DNA of 64,000 nucleotides from Oculina patagonica (Eukaryota): NCBI RefSeq assembly GCF_052425735.1, contig NC_135759.1, positions 35,030,001 to 35,094,000 of the forward strand, read 5' to 3'. Shown piece by piece: positions 1 to 13,900 of this stretch (position 1 is its first letter; each line of letters starts with the position of its first letter). The notes under the pieces were generated by a model. It saw only the letters and a program-made list of their open reading frames with translations, ran no database searches and was not told where the DNA came from. The position numbers and the translations under genes were made by a program.

Positions 1-1611
1 AGACGTTTATAATAGGAGAAAAGCTATGTTGAAATTCTGATGCAACTACTGATGCTATTCTCAGAATTTACATCCTTTCCTTCTATGTGCAATTTCAGTT
101 TTTCTCGTGGTCACGTTAACCAACGAGGAAACGTTTTGGTTTTGAAAACCAATACATAAAACGTGGGAAAACCACATAAACCCACAGAGAAAACGTTTTG
201 GCTTCAATGCCAGTTGATGTCAGCAAATGAAGTGACATCTTTTTGCGTTTATTTGCAGGGAATGGCTCTTAGCTTAGGGGACAAGATCAATTTATCACAG
301 AAGAAAGTCACCAAGTGAAATGTATGGAGTCGCAGTACTAATACTAATTAATTTTAACCGCTAGTTCCTGCAGTGATTTGCGTGTCACCTAACTTAGATG
401 TCAATTATACATTAATTGTTCAAGAAGGCCCTTAGCTGTTAGTTTTTGCTAACAGTTGTGACTAAACAGTGAGAAATCTCACATGTAACATTTGCTTAGA
501 TGCAGAAAGTTGTTACGCCTGTTAAAAATGTCGTAGGTAAGAAACATTTCTTTTTTTTGTACCTGTTGCGTTCACACTGGGGTGGGGGTCACCGATGTTC
601 GCACTTCACTGTGGAGACTAATAATTTAGGAACAAATTGTATCTGATTGATGGAATAAAGTCAGTTGAAATGGTTTTGTTGCGTTCATTGGTTCATGTGA
701 GAGCTGAACGTGTCCCACCGTACAGTGTGCCACCGACCAATAGCGAAAGCTCGAAACGTCAGCTTTTAAATCCACCACGGCGATAGCCGCGCATACAGCC
801 GCATATTATGGCTTCCGGCCGGCTCCTGGTCGCTTTGGATTTTACTTTGGCCTTATCTGCCACAAACAATAAAAGCGGTCGTTGGACGAAAAGAGGCTGA
901 TAGTTAACAGTTTACCAGGTCATTCAGTCTTGTTCCAAAACAGTCCCGAGTGGCTAGTGTCATTGAAGACGGTATCTCTCTTATTTCTCTGCCTGGCCAG
1001 CTTCGCGCTTTCTCCCCCCCCCCCCCCCCCTACCCTGTGAACGGCTGCCACGCAGGCTATTCTCTACCAAGCTAGACATATACTATCATTTCTTTCCACA
1101 TATTCTCACTCACTTAGAGTGTCCGACTTCTGTTGGGAGAATTCGTTTTTTTCCAGTAGCTTGTGTCAATGAGTGATTTTAATGGTAATCCCGGAACCTT
1201 CTCGGTGTTGCTTTCCAAGATGGCGGCCGGTCAACAGAGCCTTTGTGAACTTCCGGCATCGCACAGCCTAAACCGGGAGCATAAAGCAAAATGGGCGCTT
1301 AAACTAGAATCAGTGGGGCGAAATCATCCCACCAAAATAATTTTAATAAGGAACGTTTTATTATTCGTGAATAGGCAACGTTTAGTGACTAAAAAAAATT
1401 AATAATAAATGACAAATAAATGAGAATGCACAGTGGCATTTTCCACATAGTGGCACTTCGTGATCCCACTGATTCCAGATCGAATTGGAATTTAGTAGTG
1501 CTCATGAGCGCTAGTATTCGCAGTTCACGTGTATGTCTTTCAAATATTCGTTATATGATTTATTCCACATGTGGGATATTACTTACAATTGACCTGCTCC
1601 CATCGTATCAA

Positions 1612-1700
1612 GGCTTCATAGCTCAGTTGGTAGGGCAACGCACCTGTATCGCGGAGGTCATGGGTTCAAATCGCGTTGTACCTTGAAATTTATTTCAGGC
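1612..1700 (+). mobile_element. tRNA-derived SINE-like fragment
   Basis: GGCTTCATAGCTCAGTTGGTAGGGC...GGTCATGGGTTCAAATC has A-box/B-box-like motifs, but no acceptor stem closes it. Confidence 0.55.
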
Positions 1701-3182
1701 AAAAAATGCAGTTGTTGGCAGTGTTGACTCTACGCAAGTCAGGTTTTTTGTTTCTTTGCAATTTTACTTTGCGACTTTGCGGCTATATTTCTTGTTGTGG
1801 TTCCCCTAGCAACTGTAATGGTAGTTGTTTTTTGTAACGCAAAGGAAGAAAACCCATTCTGTTATTAGCGCTGTTTTCTCGCCGTACAAAGTCGTAAATT
1901 ACAATAGGTGTATTAAAGAATAGGTGCTAATGAGCTCTTAACGAAGGACTTAAGGACTCTGCCATCAGCTGTTTATGGCAATCAAAAAGGTGTCTTTGTT
2001 GCTTGGAAAGTTAAGAATGCGACCTTTCTTGCTCTGCATATATTCGGTGTAAAGCAACATTAAACTTTTAATAGTAATTTTGCGGTTTTGTTACAACAAT
2101 CGACCAATGTCCTTATTGTTAACAATGGGACCTTTTAGTGTATAATTCTTTTATCTCATGCAAATCCATGATAGTCGCAGGTGCCCGCATGACAAATTCA
2201 AAACAAGCAGCTTTTAAAAGTAAACATTGAACCGCACTGGTCTTCTGCCATTTGCTAATCAAGCTGACAGATATTTCCGAAAGAGTTGTCAAGGGCGTCG
2301 CTCAGTTAATTAGTTGTCCAAGAACTGAAGCTACGTTCTTGCTGATAAAATTGCATTCATTGGGAATCAAGAGATAGTTTTAACGAGAAAGTGACGGTTT
2401 CATTGTTTGTTGATATCCGTTGATTGACTGCCACTGATTCAGCCGGACGCTTTTTGTTGGCTTACCTTGAAATGAACGCAGAAGTCGGTTTTCTGGTTTT
2501 TATTTTGTATTTTTACCTATTCTTGGACTTGTACTCATCTTTTGAGAAACTGTTACATGCAAATGGAGTCGATTATGCGAAGAACTCATGGCAATTTAAG
2601 AGGCAGAAAAAAATTGAGAGAAAGAACTTAGCGACGTTCAAGAAAGATGACCGAAAGACGGACCTTCCTGAAATGTTATTTTATCACGAAATGTGGCAGC
2701 CACGTGCACGAGACTACGGCGAACGAATGGTTTCTGTGCAGAAATCACGCTTGTGGGGGAGAGGTTAAACAACGTAAACAGAATCAACATGGATCACGTG
2801 AAAGGGAATGACGAAAAATAGAGTAAATTTAAAAACATACACTAATCTTGATGGCTCTGCAGTTATTTAACTTTGGAAATATTTGGACAACTCTCTTTCG
2901 AGCATGAACTTTGGACGTCTCTTGGCGTATTTCGAACGTATTTTCGCTAGTTAATTATTTCTTTGCGAATTTTCACTGAGTTAAACTACTCAAAAGAAAG
3001 AAGGCCCAGAGTAAGGCATATATTATTATTATAATAATAATACCAGATATACTATTAAATGAACGAATAGTGATCATGCCTTTGTCAGCTACTTTGTCCA
3101 TCGTCGAGTTTAAAAAAGAGATCCAAACAGTCTTGTACAATACGATCTATCTACCATTATCTGCATGAAGATCGAGATTTTA

Positions 3183-3593
3183 CGTAAAAACCCGCGAGTA
3201 AGAACCTAATTGTAAAGAACCCGTTAGGCTAAAACTTGCCAGTTAACCAACCTCTTTATAAGAACCTCTTTAGCCTTAAATTTGGAAATAGGTTCTTATT
3301 TTCTAAAATCGATTAAAAATGTTTACTTTTAGGAGAAATTAATAAGATAAGTCGACATTCTCAATCCTCTTTGGAAACACCTAGGAGCCTTATCAAAAAA
3401 TATTATTATTGTTACAATCAAAAAATATAAATAAAATGGAATGCAAATTTCCCAGAAGGAAAAGTCTGAAAAGCCACTAAAAACTCTGTTAACAACAATG
3501 TAATTTTTTTTTCTTCTGCAGATTTAAATAAGAACTAAAACCTGTTCAGGCTAACTTTGGAAAATACAGGTTCTTACTCGTGGGTTTTTACTG
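3183..3593. mobile_element. Non-autonomous TIR element (MITE), TA-flanked, Tc1/mariner-like
   Basis: Left C(-)GTAAAAACCCGCGAGTAAGAACCT vs right AGGTTCTTACTCGTGGGTTTTTACTG; TA on both sides. Confidence 0.7.
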
Positions 3594-4206
3594 TATTGCA
3601 CCAGTGACAGTTGAATATGCACCCTGCATAATCTCAAGATCTGTGTACATTTTCATAAACGCAGGAGGTCACGTGGACGGTCAAGTGTTTTGAAAACTCA
3701 TACCATCTACCGCCCATCAATCGGAAAAATGTCACAAGAAGGCTTGGAGTCTAGTTGCAGACAACGTTTTCAATCGAGGAAGAGAAGAAACGCTACCTAC
3801 TTGGCCTTATATAGAATGTTGAAAATTATTAGATTTGCAGACCCTGGCTGATACATGGAAAATAAAAATTCGACGAAGCAGTCCGCCATGGTCACTAAAA
3901 ATGGAAAAGATGGATAATGAGGGGAGATGACAGGATTTATAACAGGGAAGATGAAGCTTTATAGTGTACTTGACCATCACTTGTTTTATTGTTGTGAATG
4001 ATGAATCCGTTTTGTCCAGTTGAAATTTGACGTCCGAGAAAGTCCGAAAGCAGTGTACATGCACTCATATTAAAATCTAAACATGCTAAAATGTGTCTGA
4101 CTTGACCAAATATATGATAATTTAAGCTTTTACTATGCCCATCCCTGACAGCAATTTCAGTAGTTTTGTGAGCACTAGCAGACTGCATGTACTACGTCAT
4201 TGTTGC

Positions 4207-4283
4207 CCAGCCTCGTTCCAGGGTCTTTCGAGAGTTGAAATCCAAGATGGCGGACGCACGAAGGAAAGTGCCCTTGCTTGAGG
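4207..4283. repeat. Short palindromic MITE-like repeat
   Basis: CCAGCCTCGTTCCAGGGTC ... GACCTTGGAGACGAGGCTGG inverted ends around a TCCAAGATGGCGG core. Confidence 0.5.
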
Positions 4284-6031
4284 GACCTTGGAGACGAGGC
4301 TGGGTTGTACCCTTAACGATTTCACAAAATCGAGGTGGTCGGCTCAAACTCATTTATTTTCTTTTTTCGTCACTAAGAAGTCTTCTTTTTTTTAAGAAAT
4401 CGTTATTATACAATAAGGGACTACACGTAGCATCGCCTAATAAATTAGTCATGCCGAATCCAAATCTAGAGAGAAAACCGATCATTAGCTCATCTTGCTA
4501 CTTACCATCGAATACTAACGTCTTATATGAAATAGTGAATTAAAATTGTATTTAGTCATAACGGCTATAGTAACCATAGTCCCCTTCACAATATAAATCA
4601 CTTATTGTCTTTTCATGCAGTCAATATTTTTAGTATTCTCTTGTGCATATTTTTTTCAAAATAACATATTTAATTTTGATACTAGATTAAGGTGAATAAT
4701 ATAAGTTGAGATGGTAATATATCTAAAGTTCTCTAAAGGATGAAAACACAATAAGCGGATAACAAAATATGTAGGATCGTTGAAGAAACTGCCGTAGCAA
4801 AATTCAAGATAAAAAGATCGATAAAGGGTATCTTGTGATTTTTTATTTATTTTTAAATTTTTTATTTTTCATATGTTTAACAATGGTTTATTTTTGGAAA
4901 AATAAAATTATTAGAGAATTAATGCTTTTTTCGAGCAATTTCGAAATGTACGACTTCTTGCGTCAAAGCAACCAAAGATAATTACTTACAATTATATTTG
5001 TTATTAGAATCAGATTTTACAGAGCTTGTAGACTTAAATAATGTTGCAAACTCAATTCGGTTAATCGGTCTCACTTGCAAATTGAGGGGAAATTTATCCT
5101 TCTTAATCTAATGGAATAAAATATAATTTACAAAAACATTTTCTCCTTAATAAACCGCAGACCTCTCTGACTAGCGGGAGTTTATTCTTAAACGAAAATC
5201 GGAGCTGAAAAAAATTAAAATACAAAGGAAAGTTTCATTTTGTTTGATTAGTGGCAAAAACAAAAGGGTTCTTATTTCCCCATCCGCGTTTTTTTTTTCG
5301 ATTTGGAAGTATCTTAAAAAGAAAACATATGCTTTTCGATGACGTTAAATCCTTGAAAATCTTCCGGTTCTTGCCTTTCGTTGAAAAGAAGTTAAGTTTC
5401 ATTAGGGAGTGACATTAAAATATGAGAAGTTTTTCATTGTAATTGAAAAGAGATACTCAAGACTGTCAAGATATCTAGCAGGCCTGTGCCCGCATATCCT
5501 GTCTTTGTATAGCTTGGGTGCATTTCCATAAAACCCTTTAAAACCGCACTCGAGCGGACTAAATAATTTGGCGAATTTCCTATTCAATGAAGCGGATATT
5601 GTGAGGAGGAGAACATGTCTGATGTTTTAATAATGTACTGTCCTGTTTTCACCGCTCAATAATATCACGATCAGTTTGCCTCGTCGAAATTGAAGGGTTT
5701 TTATTTTCCTAGAAACAAATTCAATACGCTTGCGATATTTTATTAGGTGGCCAGGCTGTGTAATCTGGGGATTATGTTCTCAGTGGCTATGTACCGCCTC
5801 CGCGAAACAAAATGCAATTAGACAAACGTGTCGCCAACACACGCAATAAATGAATGACTCACTAGTAGTTTATTTCCCAAAATTCTACAGGCTTTTAAGA
5901 TGGTGTAAGTTTGGGAAATTGACCGAAAAGTGTCTTTTGTGGCGGGCTAAATGCCTTAATGTAACGGTCGCCTAATTAAATAGGTTATGAATGACATCTC
6001 TGCGCAGGTGTTACTGAAAGCTGCGGAAGAG

Positions 6032-6038
6032 TATAAAA
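6032..6038 (+). promoter_or_regulatory. TATA box of the small secreted peptide gene
   Basis: TATAAAA 130 nt upstream of ATG 6162. Confidence 0.45.
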
Positions 6039-6161
6039 CAACGCTTAATTTAACCAAGAATAACTAGTGTTAAAAGCGAGCGCAGAAATCGATACTTTCA
6101 ACGTTGACCTGATCCGAGGGAGCGAAACATTTTCCATTCTGCCTGTAAAATTCAACAAGAA

Positions 6162-8793
6162 ATGGTCTTCAAGGAGCTTCTTTTACTCTTCACTCTCACC
6201 TCAATGTGCTGTGAGTTGTAATTTCATTCTTTGTTTACCCCTAGAATCCTAAAATAACGATAAAATCTACCTCTCATAATGAGAAAATGGGAAAAACAAC
6301 ATTGGGTGGCATTGACGTGAGGCATTTGTTTTGCTTTCTTTTTCGATACACGAGGAAACTGCAAGAAATCATGTAGAACAGTTGTAAATACTTTACAGTG
6401 AAAAAAAAAGTGAGATTACGAAACGAAACGTAACAATCGCACGCTGCGAATTCGTGTTTACTCGTTGTTTTTTGCAGCAATTGTTAGATTGCGTTTTCAA
6501 TTTGATACTAAAAAACTCGTGGCGCCCCCCATCCTTAGCTTTAGATTTGCAAAGAAAACTGAACTGTTTTTAGGGGTTTTATCTGAAATATTTCTTTTTC
6601 TTTTTTGCGGTACATGTTATAAAGTGTATATTCCTCGAAATATCCTGTACGTAATCCGCTGAAAAAATTCGGTCAAGTTGAATGTATTTTAACTGGTTTG
6701 CCTTCCTAAACATTATCGGCATGAACTGAAAATGGATCACGAGACAGTGAGGAAGGGTTTCATTTTCGACAGAAGGTTTTTTTTTTCACAGTAAAGGTGT
6801 CAAATTGGATCATTTGATCGGAAGAAATTAGATAGAAAGACGATAGAACTTGTCAAAATTGATTGAGAATTAAGCCAAGGTGAAGACTCCCCGAGTAGAA
6901 TCTGGATTTAGAAGAATATTAAACGCGCGTGTGCTAGGAGTGTGAGGGGGATATGGATCGATTCGTACCGCCTTCAATTGTGGCAAATAATTTCCGAATC
7001 AAAACATAAAACTCAACCCACATGGACCGTAGGTTGTTCACTGATTTTTCCATCCCAAAACTAGGATCTTATTTCAATAACTCACTTAGATTTAGAGCTT
7101 AAAACTGTTTTTGGGCTTAAGAAACTAAACATCTGATGCATCAGAAAAAAAAATACTTCAAGTCACCGCTCGACGGTCGTTTTGAATAATTCATTATATT
7201 CAGAGAAATTTTAGCATTCCAGTTCATATGCTTAAATTGGTGGGATACATAAAGACTGTCTGAAAAATTAAACATACATTAACCTTATTTCTTATTATTT
7301 ATTTCCAAAATATTCAGTTTATATACCTCGAGAAAGAAATCAAATTAAGTTGATTTGTTTCCCATTGGGAGTTTTTTTATTAAATAGTGGACTCGAATAT
7401 TGAAGCAACTGACACTGATTTCGCAACATGGGAAATGGGAAATTCATTTCAAGAAAAGCACAAACTGCAGTATGAAAGTATTACGTTGCCTATTTCGGCA
7501 ACGAAAAGATAAGAAGAAGATTGTAAGCTACATACTTTAGAAATGGTTTGCTTTATGATTAATTAAAGACTGAATATACCACAACTAACAATTTCAAGTA
7601 TTGAAAAGTAAAATGATTGCCCGCAAAAATAGTAACAAAATCAGGGTCCTTATAGTGACCAAAGCTAATGGAGACGGTTGAGTAGTCAGCGGATTAATGT
7701 TAGCGAAGGTATTTAATTGCCACTGCAACAGTCTCTTCTATGAAAACGCCCCAATTACAAGCAATAGCTGGGAACAAAGTTAATAGTTTCATAAGTCTTT
7801 TCATATATATTTTTTGTCCGCGGGGGCAAACCCTAACTCCGGGGGGCAACCATGCCATATTCCCCTGCACCTAGTCTTGCAAGCCGACATCTGTTATGTA
7901 ACATCCTCGCCACACTCTTTTGGTACAGGACAAATATTTTTTTTACCTGGTAACAACAAATGAAGAACAAACATCGATGATGTCTCAGATTTTAGCTTAA
8001 GAAGATTTCATTCGACCAGCTGTTTGAATTAATAATTACCCCGAAAGAACAGCTTTTTGACAAACCATCACAATAATTTCTTTTTGTACATAGCACCCTT
8101 TTTCTGTCAGAAAAAAGCTTTCAAATAGCCTTAAAGCGACATAAGCTTATGAGCTTTTAATTATCAAAAGCATTATTTTAATTTCTTTGCTGGAGTTTGG
8201 TGACGAGTACTTAATTAAATGTCATTGAAACATGAAACATGGAGAATATTTTAAAAAGCAAAGTTTTTTATTGCATCATAGTACTAGTCTGTTTCTGTAT
8301 GATCGGTTTGCACTTTTTATTAAATCGCCTTTTCCTTATTTCTAGTGGCATTACCTGTCTGGGAGGATGAACCAATGCGAAAGAGAGATGGTAAGTTTTC
8401 CTTCTTGAAAACTGTACAGAAAGCGGAAACGATAAATCCGTTTGCTCGTCACTTTTTTCATTTAACATCCTATTGACGTAAATTTAAAAAAACATTTTGT
8501 CATGAAAATTCATTGTTTATTTTTAGTTGGTGCGTGTGACCCTGATGTGATTAAAAAGATGGCCAAGTATGGGGTAGACACATCGAAGTTAGAATGCTAC
8601 TCTCGAACACGAGGTAAAACGGCATATAAATATAATACTTTTGCATTTTCAATTTCCATTTTTTAATTCTCAAACTGAAACAAGCTTCTCATATTTCTCA
8701 TCCCCAGTCCGCCGCTCTTGCTGTGTAGCCGAGTGCACCTGGATGGCGATGGAGCTCGGAGTGGAACCAAGCTCCCTCATCTGTCCCACATGA
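6162..8793 (+). CDS. 88-aa secreted cysteine-rich prepropeptide (4 exons: 6162-6210, 8346-8390, 8527-8613, 8708-8793)
   Basis: All three introns are GT-AG and phase 1; the join is 267 nt and open: MVFKELLLLFTLTSMCLALPVWEDEPMRKRDVGACDPDVIKKMAKYGVDTSKLECYSRTRVRRSCCVAECTWMAMELGVEPSSLICPT*. Hydrophobic signal peptide, RKR and RVRR convertase sites, 6 Cys in the mature part. Confidence 0.8.
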
Positions 8794-10975
8794 ACAAAAG
8801 GCCCAATCCTTGAACAGTTATCCGGACATGTGACTGTTAATTTCATTGTCTCTAAATGCTGCCCTTATTCTACCTAACTTTTGCTGATAATTGTAGTTTT
8901 CAGTTTTTCTCTGCCAGTGGCCTAAAAAAAAAGTACGATGTTAGCACTAGTTTCTAGTTAAACGAGATAATACGCTCTTTGGAATGCAAAACATTTCGCT
9001 ACTAATTTAAAAGACTGTTTGTTTTCTTATCTCGACAAAAAAGGAATATAACGTTCTTTTTGAGTATAAAAAACGGTTTTATTTTTTGTTATTGACAGAA
9101 AAGAAATGGGAACAAACAGCTAGTGTATATAAAAAAAAAGGAAAACAGGCAGTAGAATATTTGGTTCAAGGGATCCTTACAGTGTTAGAAAATAAGCTAA
9201 GTGTTTTGCATTTTAATGGTGCGCTTAACAAATTCTACCATATATGTTAAGCCTAAAAAGTTTAAACATACAGAAAAAGGTCAATAAAAAAATTATCTAG
9301 TTCATTTCCGTCTCAGTTTTGAGTCGCTGTTATATTTAAGTCTGTTCCAATGTTACCGTTCAGAGTAGCCTAACTACAGTCACAGCCTCTTTCTATTTTC
9401 AAATACTTGGTTCTTGTAACTCTGAGAAAACAAAAAGACTGTTAACAGTCTACAGCATTACAACTCATCAATATCAACAACAAATTTTGGTTCTGTCGCA
9501 GAAAGTGACTAGGGGCAAAGTAAGGGGGAGGGGTGGGGTTTGGTCTACTACACTGATAGCATCGCTGCCTGTCTAGGGCTCATTTAGACTTTTGTAGTTC
9601 GCGCTTTCCTTTATCATTCAAAAATCATATAAAACTTTCCCGTAAACGTTTCTTATATAACATTGTTTGACCCTATGAGTGCCGTAGGGTTTGCAAACAT
9701 GTTTTTAAAGAATCCTACGACATTTTTTGTGTCTTACACAACTATCGTAATCAAGTTATAGGTTTCATTAAACGAAATATTAAATTCGTGTCGTGGTCTT
9801 GCGACAAGGGTGAACTGGACTGTTTACAGCCCTTTATTTTCTCGTCTTCTTCGATCATTGAACGCGGGGAACATATCGCTTCGCTCGCCCTGCCCCTGCC
9901 CCCTCGTGCTTTCACTTCGCTCGCTGTTTCTTTCGCGCGTTTTGAGTTGAAAGATAGAGGCTGTAAAAGTCTAAGTCTGTTGAAGCGTCTAAATGAACCC
10001 TTAGAAGTCCCGCCAATCCCCTTGTCATAAAATTGACTCCAACCTTCTTTAGTTAGTACAAGATGCATTATGCGTACAAAGAGCTTTATTGCAATACAAC
10101 GAAACCCTTTCATTACGACATCTGATGGAATTGTCTAAAATTCCAAGCCGAGCAGTAGTACATATTTTTACTGACTGGATCGACTTATCGCATACCTTTC
10201 GTAATGCATTGCGGGTTAATGGATTCGCGGAAGGGATTAGTAATCTTGTCCCTTCCAAACCTCTCCTTTTCTAAAAGTCTTAAAGCTGCCCCTTGACTTC
10301 CCAATTGTTCGTAGTCCTGTCGCCTTCTTTCTTCTAACTCTCCATAATGTGTTTACTTTTTATTTAATCCTTTAAAATTTTCAAAGCCGTTTCAACATGA
10401 TTGAGATTCGCATCAAGCAAATTTTCTTCACTTGATCGCGGTCCACTAACTAAACAAGAAAAAAACCCAGTTTGTTTATCCCAGAAACCGCACTACATAT
10501 TCGAAAAAGTCCTCAATTATACCCGAGCATTTATATCAGCTAAAACGTTCTTACGTGTTCATGAAAATACACCCACTTCAAATTCAATCAAGTCACTTAC
10601 AACCGGGCGACAGGATACACGTAGAATTTGGCAAACTAGCCTGATAATCGATACTGGGTTTTTACAAAATAGGAAGTATTCCCGAAGATTTCCCGATTTT
10701 TATTGTCCAATAAAAGAAAAGTACGCTTAATCCGAAAGCGAACTCGTCGGATTGTCGACACGAGTTTGGTCATCAGTGTTGCACAGTAAGTCCGCTGAAG
10801 ACAGCCGCCCGGGCTCAGCCAGCTGTTGGAGAAGGGATTCCGACATTAAACAGTAGATGGTTCTTCTGACTGTTTACACCGGAGCATTTTAGCGTGAATG
10901 GCCACGCCTATTTCCTCGTGACACATCAGCTGGATCAGAGATCACGTAATAAATCCGCTGCGTATCTTTCTCACG

Positions 10976-13900
10976 TCACCACTTAATGTTTAGAGCAGTG
11001 TTCAGCTTTTCAACCTCGTGGTATTTTGTGTGAAGCATCTCTTTTGCCTGTGTGTATTAAAAAAACAACAAAAATAAAGATAAATGCAGAAAAGTCTAAA
11101 ATGCTGCTTACTCAGTCTCGTCTAACGTCTAAAGTCGCTCACAGATTATCCCGGAGCTAAAAAGAAAACACAATCACCAAGTGAGATACCAGAGTCGTAT
11201 GTTGTTCTATGTGATTGCTAACCCGCCGTTCGATCGCAGTCGAACGTCGGGTACTGTGCAGGCGATCGCCTTAACTTTCAGCTCGTCATTTTCAGTGCAA
11301 CTTTTCTGACTTTTTTGAGTTTCCTTTTCCTTTCAGATAATCATCCAGACCCGTTTATAGATGAGATCAGTTTCGGTTGTTTCCATTTATGACGATCCCT
11401 GATTATCATAACAGCGCGTGATTCTATACCAAGTGATTAAGCATTGGACCTCCGGTGATTGTTGACGATCGCTGGCGCGCTTCTTCATATGATGAGCTTT
11501 TGGTAGGCGATTGCTAGCCGGTGTTAGCAAGACTCAGACTGAGAGATACCGAAACACACAAACGCACTAAAAGCAAAAACAAGCATCTACTTTAATGAGT
11601 GCTTAGCTATAATAGCTCGGTCTGCTGTTAAAATTTTCTGCGTGTTCGTACCTTGTCAGAAGAATCACCGTCAAGCCACTCTCTAAAAGGAACAAACAAA
11701 TTTTAAACACAATTAACTATGTTATAAAATTTCTCTTCAAGCAAGAAGACAAGAAAACACAGCCTGGATCGTTATTCTATACAGCCTGCTAGCGGCTCAA
11801 AGGTGGGCTTATATAATACCATGTATGGTTCTTATGTGTTTCTGCAGTCTGGGAAAACTGTGGCAAAGGATATAAAGGCTACCATGTTATGCTGTGGAAG
11901 TTACTGTAAGCAGACCAAAATAATCAAACTATTACTTTACATTAAATGTTGTTGTCTCAATTTTCCAAGTTCGTAGGAATTTTCTCACACTGCTCCAGAA
12001 TATCTCTGAACTAATGTCTGTCACATTCATGAAGTAAACCACTGTAACACTACAACACGCCACTCACTTGTACAACGTTTCCACGGCTGGATTTTCACTT
12101 GGCTTTCTTGATCTAAGCGAAAATGTAAAACACGGGTCGTTAGATGCGAAGATCGCACCATCGAAACACAAATAAGCCAACAAACAAATTTATTCTCCAA
12201 ACGTTTTTCGGGTACTTGCAACACTTGTAACGGGGATTTTTCAAAAATAGCAAATTCAAGCCAATGATGCGATAGAAAAAGAATAAAAAAAATTGTTGTG
12301 CAACAACCTGAGTGAATTGTAGAGTTCATCCAGTCTGCTTATTAGCTCTTTGGAAGTTTCCCCGTCACCAGGTCTTATCTGACCACCTCCGTTGAGACAG
12401 CCTGGAAAAGAGAAACGAACGCTTGCTTACAGTCAGCACAGCATTATTAATTATTATTATATTTATTTTAGTATTATTCTACTGGCCTCCTTTAACAGTT
12501 CAGGTTGTCATCGGCAGGAGCACAGACTTGCCTAATTTTAGGAAAAATTACTTTACTTTCAGTTGCAAAGTCCATGATCAAACCAACTGTTTAGGAAATG
12601 AGCCTGTGCTTGAAAGTACGTAAGCTGCTCGTATTTGTAAAAACGTAAAAGAAGAAAAATGCCGGAAAGTATGTAACCAAGATTCCCACCTGAGGGGCAT
12701 GCCATGACTTCTACAAAATGATATGGAGACTTTCCCCGCTTTATTTTCTGAACCAGATTCTATAAACAAACGTAAGAATGAACAATTAGCCGACAATGGA
12801 TATGGCATTCGTTAGTTTATAGATGGTTCTTCACGTTAGAAGATTTAATAAATCAAATGAACTACCAGATGACTAACCTGGATATTTCGAAAGCCATAAG
12901 CTGCAGCAAATTTGAGGACTTCTTTTCCGTCAACCTAAGGAAAAAACAACCACGGTTATACGATCACCATTAGTGGCATTCAAAATGGACACAAGAAGAT
13001 AGACATGGCATGGAGCGAGAACATTCCCTAACGGATTCAAGATACAATATGACGCATGGAGATAAAAAGAAAATATGTAAAATTTGAAATATTGGTTCTC
13101 TTTCTTTCCCTCAATCCTTTCGCTCACCACAAGCTCCCTCCGTTCTCTACTCTCGATCTTTGCCGCTTCCACTCGCGGACGGTTTATTTGCTTCAGTTAA
13201 GAGTTTGCAGGCACGCCATCCATACAGTCGCACACTTGGCTCGACTTATGCAAACTATGTTTCCCTTCTTGCTCTAGGAGGGCGATCATGAGTCACCAAT
13301 AATGGATGGTGTACCCTCGTCACACAAACTTAGTCAATAATACTTTTTATATCAATTACTTGTCAGCCTCCCCACACTGCCATAGCTTATCTCAGCTTCC
13401 AACATTTTTTCTTCGCTTTGCAAATCGTAATTCTAAATGAACATTCAAGCCCGTTAACAATAAGCTTGCTGTCAAATGCTCCGTGTTGGGCAAATGGTTA
13501 ATGCCACACTAAGTATGAAGGTGCAAGGAGCCATTCCCAATGGTGCAATTTATGAGTAACTAGATATCGATTAGTGTCATGGTAGAATAGAACAAAATTG
13601 TTTATTACCTGTAGAGTGACTTCTTTGAAGTCTTTGTTTCTGAGCGTCTTGTAAGTTATGTTGTCTACATTCTGACCAAACAACTAAGGAAAAAAACACG
13701 TGTCAACCCGTTGAAAATTCATTTCTTCGCTTAGTTATGATGAGAAAGAATCATTGTACAGAAAATAGTTTTACATGTGTACAGAAATGAACTGACTTCG
13801 GTAGACCATAGGTTTTGTCTTAGACTGAAAACCTAGGCACTAAAACCGAGCAATTTGTTTCACTATAGTATCACACTTGCCTTTTTAGCAGCGAATGTAA

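Noticed and set aside
1013-1030. Poly-C run and recurring CAAGATGGCG (YY1-like) motifs at ~1216, 4242, 63248, 63325
   Set aside because: Homopolymer and motifs mostly lie inside common repeats; no evidence for a specific function here
2424-3016. 114-aa ORF and nearby donor-like sites
   Set aside because: No ATG start, no recognisable motif, and I could not build a phase-consistent gene model; may be UTR or non-coding exons
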